From the human T2T-CHM13v2.0 reference genome, Homo sapiens: a stretch of 64,000 bases of DNA. Shown here piece after piece: positions 1 through 64,000 of the stretch (positions are counted from its first letter, which is position 1; each line of letters begins with the position of its first letter). The notes below the pieces were generated by a model. The model saw nothing but the letters and a program-made list of their open reading frames with translations, searched no databases and was not told the origin of the DNA. The position numbers and the translations under genes are program-made. The DNA is taken from assembly GCF_009914755.1 (NCBI RefSeq), contig NC_060943.1; one strand, given 5' to 3'.

Positions 1-117
1 GACTGAGGAAGTCGAGGCCCAGGGAGGGAGAACTGGGGTCTGTCTCCTCCATCTGTCACCCTCCTTGGTAAAATTTGTGAGGGTCCTGGAGCCACTTCTC
101 ACCCACGCCACACCTAC

Positions 118-19049
<18,932 letters not shown>

Positions 19050-19336
19050 TTTATCTTCCCCTTGAGAAATCTGAAAACAAGCAAAATCTCTCATCATTAT
19101 AAGCAGTCTCTGTCTCTGTTTATATCCAGTGGCTTTGGCTGAGAGCAGAGGTTACCCCTACCTCCACCTCAGCCCATTTGGCTGCCCCAGGGGTCAGATG
19201 GCTCCCACTGGGACACAGGATGGGACACAGAGTCACAGCCACTTTGGGCCATGGCCAGGTAGGAATTCAAACCTCCTCCAAACTGAAGATCTTATGCCCA
19301 GGACCTGAAAGACAAATGGGCCCTGGGGGGTCCTTA

Positions 19337-19681
<345 letters not shown>

Positions 19682-19871
19682 TTAGTCAGGTGCGGTGGCA
19701 CACACCCGTAATCCCAGCTACTCAGGAGGCTGTGGTACAAGGCCAGGAGGCAGAGGTTGCAATGAGCCAAGATCGTGCCACTTTAAAGGGGACAGCTGGG
19801 TCCTTGGAGGGGAAAGAGCTGCCATAGGCCGGTTTCTCCCAGCCTTGGGGGCGAGGCAAACCAGAACGGAC

Positions 19872-20330
19872 CTGGGCCACAGAAGTCGTTGAGGACCCTC
19901 TGTCCTTATCAGAAACGAGCTCTGCCTGGATCAGTTGGGAATAAGTCGCTTGAATTATCCGCGTTACTCTTTTTGGAAAAAATAAATGGCCAAATTGGCC
20001 CTCACAGAACGCTGGAGGCCTCGAGTCCGGAGGTGAAAGATGGAAAGGCCTGAGGGTGGGCGCTGTAGACCCCGCTCCCGGTGACAAGCCCCACACTGAC
20101 ACTACGCCGACCACCGAGAAGTGAGGACTCCACAGGCCGAGAGCCCACGTGAAGCCGGAGCCCGTCGGTGACTGACAGACGCTCTGAACCCCACAGATGT
20201 CGCCGCCCCTCACACCTGCGCGCGCTCTGCCTCTTTCCCGCGCCCCGCGAGGTCCCGCCCCGCGCATGAGCGACGCAAACACCGCCCTCGCAGCCCGCGA
20301 CAGTCAGCACCGCCCCAGCCAGGCGCCTGC
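19872..20330 (-). other. BRME1: Candidate non-coding first exon(s) of BRME1
   Basis: The ATG exon has an acceptor at 19071-72, so an upstream 5'UTR exon is required. Candidate minus-strand donors are CAG|GTCCGT (exon ending 19872) and CAG|GTGTGA (exon ending 20216). The TSS cannot be determined from sequence. Confidence 0.5.
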
Positions 20331-20598
20331 GCGCCCACGCACTACCTGCCGGGAGTTGTAGTTTCGGCTCGGCAGACCCGGCGAGCCCAGTGGCCGCGCT
20401 CCGGTGCGGCGGCGCCCGAGGCCCGAGGCGGAAGTGGGACGGCCAAGCAGGGAAGCGAGGGCTCGGGATCGACGGCCGCGGGGCGCCGACGAGGAGTGCA
20501 GGACTCAGGAAGGGCGAGTGCGCGGCGACAGAGCCCGGGGAAGGAGGCAGGGCAAGGCCGGGCTTGGGGGCAGGTGGTCCGGGCATCCAGCCTTGAAG

Positions 20599-44555
<23,957 letters not shown>

Positions 44556-45014
44556 GGAGCCCATGGGGCGGGCAGCCCCCAGAAAGCGGGCAGCAGGCCC
44601 CGATACCGGGAAGAGCCGACACAGCCACGAACCAGACAAGCAGACAATCAGCGGACAATCGGTTCTGGACTCACCCCTCATCCGGGCCCCCAGCCCCGCC
44701 AGAGCCTCCGTGGCTGCGGGTGTTGGGAACCATGCCTGCCAGCCAGTATGTGCCCCTCACCCAGGCCTGGCTGGGCCCTGGAGAGTCCTGTTTGCACAGC
44801 CCAGGGGTGTCCGGCCTCTGGCCCGCCCCGGAGCAGGGAGGGTGGCTGGGGCCAAGCCCCGAGGGCCCCTGCAAGCACTTTACTTCCTGTTCCTCCCCAG
44901 CCTTAACCCCAAAGCCCTCCTGCACCCCAAAGAAGCCACTGAGGCTGGCCGAGCCACACTGTCTCCCCAGGGGCGTCGACCTGGCCCAGCTGGGTCCCCA
45001 GGGCCAGCACATGG

Positions 45015-45020
45015 AATAAA
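45015..45020 (+). terminator. CC2D1A: CC2D1A polyadenylation signal AATAAA
   Basis: AATAAA about 460 nt after the stop codon, followed by a GT/T-rich element (ctgtcctgtctgtttctt). Confidence 0.85.
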
Positions 45021-45648
45021 ATAGCCAGGGCCACACTCAGCCCAGCTCTGTCCTGTCTGTTTCTTGCTCAGACCCTCGGTGGCCAGGCTAGGTCTTCCCA
45101 CCCACCCCCCGGTTCCCCTGGAAGTGGATGGGGAGGCGCCTGTTAGGGAAGCAGTTTTGGGGAGGGACAGTGTGCTTGTGAAAGGTGCTTTTTTTTTTTT
45201 TTTTTAGAGACCGGGTTTCCCTCTGTCACCCAGGCTGCAGCGCAGTGGCACAATCAGCTCATTGCAGCCTCCGACTCCTGGGCTCACATGATCCTCCTGC
45301 CTCAGCCTCCTAACGGATTACAGAAGGGCACCACCACACACCCAGCTTGAAGGATGCATTTCATTCCCATGCTTGCTGTGGGGGGGGATACATGTGAGGG
45401 TCCCTATATCTGTCACCCAGTGTTTTTTCAGTGGGTGGCCTTGGGCGTCCCTGCAATCACACGTGGCTAGGTCGCACAGGGTGCTGTTTGGTGACCCCAG
45501 TGTGTGCCTCAAGACCTCAAAATTCAGTCCTGACCCACTTAGCATCCCAGAGCCTCAGTTTCCCCAGCTGGACTGGTTGTGGGGAGGAGTCCGTGGACAG
45601 AGCCCCCAAAGGGTGCCTGGTCCGTGCTGAGTGCTGGAAGGGTTTGGC

Positions 45649-45654
45649 TTTATT
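45649..45654 (-). terminator. PODNL1: PODNL1 polyadenylation signal (AATAAA on minus strand)
   Basis: TTTATT on the plus strand, about 245 nt downstream of the long-isoform stop. Confidence 0.65.
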
Positions 45655-45896
45655 GTTGCTGCCTCCATCTGTGTTGGGAGTTTGGGGTAGGGTGTGTCCC
45701 GCCAGGCCGGCGTGGTCTGTGAGCCTGGAGTATGCCAGCTGTGTGCCTCTGTGTCTCGGCCAGTGGCAGGCAGAGCAGGCCCAGCCCTGGAGGCCCAGGA
45801 GAGCCAGACCAAGGGCCCCTGGTGGGCGTTGTCTCCTCAGTCCACGGCCCAGCGGAGTCCCAGGAGTCTGAGCTGCTCTGCTGGGCCTCTCTAGGA

Positions 45897-52484
<6,588 letters not shown>

Positions 52485-53476
52485 CTCGCCCAAGCTGCTG
52501 ACCAGGACTTCCTAATGGAAACCAGGCGGTCACCTCCTGGAGCCTCTGCTGTGGCCACCACCGCCCCCCATCTCCAGACCCATGCCACCCCCCACAACAG
52601 CCTGTTCTCCCGGGGCTTTGGGGGAGCTGGCCCACCCCCTTCCCCGCCCTGGGGAGGACGGGCAGGCGGCCGGATGGGGTGGTGAGGACAGGCCAGCCCG
52701 TCCCCTTGGTCCCCCCCAACAACCACCCCATCTCTGCTTTCGTAACCTCAGCCAGCCTGGGCCGGGCCACAAGAACAAGGAATGTTTGGGGAAAAGCTGA
52801 GATTCGTCCTGTCTGGTATTTGGGACGACCGCAGGAGTAGGGGTGGGGATGGAGGGATGGGGGGAGCTTCGGGGCACAGGAGAGTTCCGAGAAGCAGGGG
52901 CGGGCAGCAGCGAGGGATTAGGGAGGCCTGAGCTTAGCCTGGCAGCCCAGATGCCAGCCTGGGAGCTCCTGACCAGGTCTGCTGCCCGGCACCCACCTCC
53001 CCTCTGCTGGCTGGTCTTGCTCCAGACACCCGCCCCCTCCTCCCCCCGCAAATGGCCACAGCCGCCTGGAAGGAAATTACATATATCCAGGCATCAGCCT
53101 GGTGGTTAAGAGTGTGAGCTTGGTGCCAGCCTGCCTGGGTTTGAACCTGGGCTGTGCCACCTCTCAGGGCCTTGGTTTCCCTTTCTGGGGTAATGGTTGG
53201 CTCACCACCCCACACTCCCCCACAGTGTTGTAAGGATTATACGAAGTGTGCATTCAGAACAGTGCCTGGCATATCCCAGGGCTTTGGCACCCGTGGATGG
53301 GGGTGACAAGCTGGTCTCCACATGAGGTCAATTCTCCCAGACCCACAACTTACCAACAGGGCGGCTTCAGACAGGTCCTTCTCCTGCCCAGACCTCAGCT
53401 TTCCCACACATAAAATGGGATTGACAGGCTGGGTGCTGGGGTTTATACCTGTAATCCCAGTGCTTTGGGAAGCTGA

Positions 53477-53839
<363 letters not shown>

Positions 53840-54746
53840 TAGTGAGACCCTGTCTCTAAAAATAAATTTAAAAAAAAATTAGCCTGGGCTGGGCTCCATG
53901 GCTCACACCTGTAATCCCAGCACTTTGGGAGGCTTAGGCAGGCGGATCACCTGAGGTCAGGAGTTCCAGAGCATCGAGCCCAACATGGTGAAATCCTGTC
54001 TACTAAAAATACAAAAATTAGCTGGGCATGATGGCACGTGCCTGTAATCCCAGCTACTCCAGAGGCTGAGGCACGAGAATCGCTTGAACCTGGGAAGTGG
54101 AGATCACATCACTGCACTCCAGCCTGGGCAACAGAGCAAAACTCTGTTTCAATAATAATAATAATAATAATAACTAACCTGGTATGGTGGTGCACACCCA
54201 CAGTCCCAGGTACTCAGGAGGCCAAGGCAGGAGGAACACTTGAGCCTCTGGGCTCAAGTTTGAGGTTACAATGAGCTATGTGCCACTGCACGCCACTCTG
54301 GGCAACAGAATAAAACCCTGTTATTAAATAAAGAAAAAAAAAGTGGGGGGATGACAAACCCCCCCCCTCAAAGAGCTGTCTTGAAGCAGAACGAGGCAGT
54401 GGGTAGAACATTTTAAGAATGGTGGCTGGGTGTGGTGGCTCATGCCTGTAATCCCAACACTTTTGGAGGCTGAGGCAGGAGGATGGCTCTAAGCCCAGGA
54501 GTTTGAGACCAGCCTGGTCAATAATGGTGAGACCCCCGTCTCTAAAAAAATTTTTTAAAAACTTTGTGGGGGGCCAGGCGCGGTGGCTCACACCTGTAAT
54601 CCCAGCACTTTGGGAGGCCGAGGCAGGTGGATCACAAGGTCAAGAGATCGAGACCATCCTGGCTAACACTGTGAAACCCCATCTCTACTAAAAATACAAA
54701 AAATTAGCTGGGTGTGGTGGTGCGCGCCTGTAGTCCCAGCTACTCA

Positions 54747-54875
<129 letters not shown>

Positions 54876-54946
54876 TTAGCGGGGGCCAGGCGCGGTAGCT
54901 CACACCTGTAATCCCAGCACTTTGGGAGGCCGAGGTGGGCAGATCA

Positions 54947-55144
<198 letters not shown>

Positions 55145-55429
55145 CTATGGTGCGAGACTCTGTCTCAAACAAAACAAAACTTAGCGGGGCATGGTGGTGT
55201 TGCCTGTAGTCCCAGCTACCAGGGAGGCTGAAGTGGGAGGATCACATGAACCCAGGAGGTTGAAGCTGCAGTGAGCCGTGTTCATGCTACTGTACACCAG
55301 CCTGGATGACAGAGTGAGACCCTGTCTCAAAAATGAATGAATAAATAAAAATAAAAGTATAGTGTCGGCCAAGGACGGTGGCTCACACCTGTAATCCCAG
55401 CACTTTGGGAGGCCAAGGCAGGTGGATCA

Positions 55430-55753
<324 letters not shown>

Positions 55754-55932
55754 TTATTCCAGAGAAGGCAGGCAGTGATACAGGGGAGGGAGGAAGTGAT
55801 CAAGAAACAGTGGCTGGGCGCAGTGGCCCACGCCTGTAATTCCAGCACTTTGGGAGGCTGAGGTGGGCAGATCACCTAAGGTCAGGAGTTCGAGACCATC
55901 CTGGCCAACAAGGTGAAACCCCGTCTCTACTA

Positions 55933-56184
<252 letters not shown>

Positions 56185-56399
56185 TCATGGGGTGAGACAG
56201 GAGACGGGTCTTAGTTTAGGCCAGAAGAGAACAACAGCTCCTATCTCAAGTACTCCCCATGGGATGGATGGCCATTAGCTTGGACATTGGGTGGAAGTTC
56301 CTCAGTCTCTTCAGCAGTGTAATGGGGCTAACCCTAGGGAGACAGGACTACTGTAGCAGTCCTAGCCCCCAGGGAAGCAGCAATAAGAACCAAGATGTT

Positions 56400-56790
56400 T
56401 GAGTTCCGGGCAAGCCTCTTTCCATTGCAAAGGAAGGAGAACCCAAACTGAACTAGCTAATACAAACAAGGGCATTTACTGGCTCATGAACAGAAAACCT
56501 GTATCCTTCAGGCACAGCTGGATCCAGGGGCTCCAGTGATCTCTTCTAGATGAATTCTCTCTTGAACTCTGAACTCTACTTGCAGGCTTCTGTATGTGGT
56601 GCTAAGACATTCCCAGAACCAATAAGCATTCTTCCCTGGCTTTAGTAGAAAGCCTCAGACTTAAATCTCATTGGCCTAAATTTGGTCACATGTCCATCCA
56701 GAGCCAATCCCTGGGGCCAGAGGGATGGAATGTGCTGATTGGCTAGGAACCTAACCATTGTTCCTGTAAATAACCCACTGGCCTTATCTT
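56400..56790. mobile_element. MaLR (MLT1J-like) LTR remnant
   Basis: Signatures CTTCAGGCACAGCTGGATCCAGGGGCTC and TTGGTCACATGTCCATCC.GAGCCAATC.CTG.GGCCAG.GGGATGGAATGTGCTGATTGG. Confidence 0.6.
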
Positions 56791-56860
56791 CCTGCAACAA
56801 ACTCCCCTTCTGCCACACTGTCCTGTCCAGTCCTGCCTGGTCCTGCCCAGTTCTGCATTA

Positions 56861-57280
<420 letters not shown>

Positions 57281-57468
57281 CTAAAAAAAGACAGAAAGGG
57301 CCAGGCACGGTGTCTCATGCTGTAATCCCAGCACTTTGGGAGGCTGAGGCAGGCGGATCACCTGAGGTCGGGAGTTTGAGACCAGCCTGACAAACATGGA
57401 TAAACCCCGTCTCTACTAAAAATACAAAATTAGCCAGGCATGGTGGCACATGCCTGTAATCCCAGCTA

Positions 57469-58240
<772 letters not shown>

Positions 58241-58677
58241 TGGATTTACCTGGGTAGAGATAATCTTGTGGGAAAAAAAATTGCAGAATGATGCTAACAA
58301 TGTAGATCATTTCCATATATTAAAACATACATATTGGCTAGCTCTGGGGGGAGACCTGAATGCTTGTGGCTGGGGGCAAAGAGAGGCTTGCCACTGGATA
58401 TCCTTGTACATCTGTTTTTGTTTTGTTTTATTTATTAAATTAATTAATTAATTAATTTTTTTGACAGAGTCTCGCTCTGTCACCCAGGCTGGAGTGCAGT
58501 GGCGCAATCTCGGCGGCTCACTGCAAGCTCCGCCTCCCGGGTTCACACCTTCTCCTGCCTCAGCCTCCCGGGTAGCTGGGACTACAGGCACCCGCCACCA
58601 TGCCTGGCTAAATTTTTTTGTATTTTTAGTAGAGACAGGGTTTCACCGTGTTAGCCAGGATGGTCTTGATCTCCTGA

Positions 58678-58893
<216 letters not shown>

Positions 58894-58896
58894 TGA

Positions 58897-59190
<294 letters not shown>

Positions 59191-60020
59191 TAAGACTACA
59201 GGTGTACACCACCATGCTTGGCTAATTTTTGTATTTTTATTACAGACAGGATTTTACCATATTGGTCAGGCTGGTCTTGAACTCCTGATCTCAGGTGATC
59301 CACCCACCTTGGCCTCCCAAAGGGCTGAGGTTACAGGCATGAGCCACCACACTCGGCCTGTTTTATTTTGTTTTTTAAGAGACAGGAGCTCGCTATGTTT
59401 CCCAGTCTGAACTCCAACTCCCAGGCTCAAGCAATACTCCTGAATAGTTGGGGCCATGGGCATGCACCACTGTGCCCTGTACATCTGTTGAATTAAATAG
59501 CAAAAAAGTTGAGCAGGGTGCAGTGGCTCACACCTGTAATCCTAGCTACTCAGGAGCCTGAGGCAGGAGGAACACTTGAGGACAAGAGTTCAAAACCAGC
59601 CTGGGCAACATAGTGAGACCCTCATCTCTAAAAAAAAAAAAAATTCAGAAAATTAGGTTGGGCAAGGTGGCTCACGGTTGTAATCCCAGCACTTTGGGAG
59701 GTGGAGGTGGAAGGATTGCATGAGCCCGGGAGTTCAAGACCAGCCTGAGAAACAAAGTGAGACCCTGTCTCTACAATTTTTTTTTTTGAAATGGAGTCTC
59801 ACTCTGCTGCCCAGGCTGGAGTGCAGTGGCATGATCTCGGCTCACTGCAACCTCTATCCCCCGAGTTCAAGTGATTCTCCTGCCTCAGCCTCCTGAGTAG
59901 TTGGAATTACAGGTGCCTGCCACTGCGCCCAGCTAATTTTTGTATTTTTAGTAGAGACACGGTTTCACCATCTTGGCCAAGCTGGTCTTGAACTCCTCAC
60001 CTTGTGATCCACCCACCTCA

Positions 60021-60167
<147 letters not shown>

Positions 60168-60496
60168 TTAAAAAAAAAAAAAACAAACTTTTTAATTAGC
60201 TGGGCACAGTGGTGCATGCGTGTAGTTCCAGCTCCTTGGGAGGCTGAAGTGGGAAGACTGCTTGAGCCTGGGTGGAGTGCCACTGCACTCCAACTTGGGC
60301 AACAGAGCAAGACCCTGTTTCTAAAAAAGAAAAGAAAGGAAATGGTGGATACACACTGCTAACTTCAAGGGAGGATGAGAAACACCATCTTTCTACTGGG
60401 AAGCCACATGTTCAGATAAAAATGGAGTTTCTTGGCTGGGTACAGTGGCTCATGCCTGTAATCCTAGCACTTTGGGAGGCCGAGGTGGGCGGATCA

Positions 60497-60789
<293 letters not shown>

Positions 60790-61117
60790 TTAGGACCACA
60801 AGGAAAATTGAGCCCAAGGCTTTCTGTGTTCAAAGCCACTGGTCTCCAAAGTTGGGTGTGGGAAATGAATCATAATTTCTAGTTCTATTTACCTGCCCCA
60901 TCCTGTTTTATGGCCCTTTTCCAGGTATGATTTAATTCACAGGCTAGAAAGAGTGGTCTAAATGCACCTGTATAGTTGGGTTATTTGTAAACAAATACAT
61001 ATACGTATTAAGGGAGAGTCCAAGTGACGAACGATCAGAAATATGGGAAATCTTGGCTAGGTGCAGTGGCTCACGCCTGTAATTCCAGCACTTTGGGAGG
61101 CCGAGGTGGGCGGATCA

Positions 61118-61312
<195 letters not shown>

Positions 61313-61454
61313 TCAAAAAAAAAAAAACACAAAAAAACAAAAAAAAAACACCATAAAAACACCTTTATAATAATTGTTGTAGGCGGAGGTTTCAGTGAGC
61401 CAAGATTGCACCACTGCACTCTAGCCTGGGTGAAAGAGCAAGACTCCATCTCAG

Positions 61455-61485
<31 letters not shown>

Positions 61486-61523
61486 TGGCCATGGTGGCTC
61501 ATGCCTGTAATCCCAGCACTTTA

Positions 61524-61810
<287 letters not shown>

Positions 61811-62467
61811 TCATGTTGGTGTCCACCAAGAATTGGGGAATTACTTGATTTGGGAGAAGCTGCCCCATCATCTGGTGTCAGAAGCGAAGGATTGAGAGTG
61901 ATGTGATATAGAAGGAAAAACAGTCTGTTTGTCCCATGTACGTATTCAACTGACTTGGGCCAAACTGACTTCTCCCTAGTCTTCCTCATATCAAAAAATG
62001 GCACTAACATTTTGCTAAATATTCCACTCAGATGCTAAAGTCATCATTAACTTCTCTCTCCTTGCCCCTATCCCAATATCTTGTCCTTGAAAATGACCCC
62101 ATCGGCTCTGACTATGGCCACTTTTCTCCATTTTCTTTCTTTATTTTTATTATTATTTCTGAGACAGCGTCTCATTCTGTTGCCCAGGCTGAAGTGCAGT
62201 GGTGCGATCATGGCTCACTTGCAGCCTTGAACTCCTGGGCTCAAGCGATCCTCTCACCTCAGCCTCCCAAGTAGCTGGGAGTACAGGCTCAGGCCCTCAT
62301 GCTAATTTCTAAAATTTTTATAGAGATGGGATCTCACTATGTTGCCCAGGTTGGTCTCCGGGGATCAAGGGAGACTTTAAGCAATCCTCCCACTCAAGCC
62401 ATCTCCTGCCTTGGTCTTCCAAAGCACTGAGATTACAGGCGTGAGCCACCACGGCCAATATTCTCCA

Positions 62468-62500
<33 letters not shown>

Positions 62501-62995
62501 GAGACGGAGTCTTGATCAGTCGCCCAGGTTGGAGTGCAGTGGCGCAATCTCGGCTCACTGCAAGCTCTCTGCCTCCCAGGTTCATGCCATTCTCCTGCCT
62601 CAGCCTCCTGAGTAGCTGGGACTACAGGCGCCCGCCACCACGCCCGGCTAATTTTTTTTTTTTTTTTTGTATTTTTAGTAGAGACGGGGTTTCACCATGT
62701 TTAGCCAGGATGGTCTCGATCTCCTGACCTCCTGATCCACCTGCCTCAGCCTCCCAAAGTACTGGGATTACAGGTGTGAGCCACCATGCCCGGCCGTATT
62801 CTCCATTTTCAATGCTAGTAGATTAATCTAAGTCAGCATCACCTACCCTCCTGGCTCCCCCAAGACTATTCCTGCCCCCATCCTCATCCCCCAAGACCAT
62901 TCTGCACATAGCAGTCATAATAACATCCTCCTGGCCGGGTGTGGTGGCTCACGCCTGTAATCCCAGCGCTTTGGGAAGCCAAGGTGGGAGGATCA

Positions 62996-63277
<282 letters not shown>

Positions 63278-64000
63278 TTATGTGTTTATTTATTGACACA
63301 GAGTCACGCTCTGTGTCACTGAAACCTCTGCCTCCCGGGTTCAAGCGATTCTCATGCCTCAGCCTCCTGAGTAGCTGGGATCATAGGAGCCCACCATCAA
63401 GCCCAGCTAATTTTTGTATTTTTAGTAGAGACAGCATTTCACCATGTTGACCAGGCTTGTCTTGAACCCCTGTCCTCAAGTGATCCGCCCGCCTTGGCCT
63501 CCCCAAGTGTTGGGATTACAGATGTGAGCCACCGTGCCTGGCCCCTTTGAATTTTGAAACAACATTATTTTATTTTTGTTATTTGTAATTTTATTATTAT
63601 TATTATTAAAGACAGGGTCTTGCTCTGTCACCCAGGCTGGAATGTAGTGACGCCATCACAGCTCACTGTAATTTCAAACTCCTGGGCACAAGGGATCCTC
63701 CCGACTCAGCCTCCCACGTACATAGGACTACAGACGTGCTACCACACACCAGACTAATGAAAAAAAAATGTTTTTTCATTGTAGAGACGAGGTCTTAACA
63801 GTTGCCGAGGCTGGTCAAATTCTTCTCAAGCCATCTTCCTGTCTCAGCCTCCCAAAATGCTGGGATTACAGGTGTGAGCCACTGTGCCCAGCCTGAAATT
63901 AGACATTTTCAGATCTGCAAAGAAGGTACAGAGAGTTCTTTTATTCCCTTCACTCAATTTCCTCTAATGTTTTTTGGGTTTTGGGTTTTGGGTTTTGTTT

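Overview
Human genomic DNA, very Alu-dense, recognisable as the chr19p13.12 BRME1(C19orf57)-CC2D1A-PODNL1 locus. (1) BRME1 is on the minus strand; six coding exons are visible (19049 to 118) and the 3' end runs off the left edge. (2) CC2D1A is on the plus strand and complete: 29 coding exons from 20599 to 44555 join, all GT-AG, into 951 aa plus stop. It shares a CpG-island bidirectional promoter with BRME1. (3) PODNL1 is on the minus strand with 10 coding exons (52484 to 45897), tail-to-tail with CC2D1A; a fully spliced 581-aa form and an intron-8 read-through 512-aa form are both readable. The rest is Alu, MIR, L2, L1 and MaLR-LTR sequence, DNA-transposon fossils (MADE1, MADE2, MER20, Tigger4/MER46, a hAT/Charlie transposase remnant), two 30-bp minisatellites and microsatellites. 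I found no new gene, RNA gene, CRISPR or prokaryote-type system; almost all ORF-track entries are Alu or repeat artefacts. The best leads are: a stop-free in-frame minisatellite intron in CC2D1A; two cryptic DM14-like repeats; a PRC1.6-type motif cluster on the BRME1 side of the shared promoter; an SQ/TQ cluster in BRME1; an Alu pair that would explain the known CC2D1A G408fs deletion; and an L2-tail-derived higher-order repeat. All coordinates were read by hand; repeat family names come from recognising consensus sequences, not from RepeatMasker.
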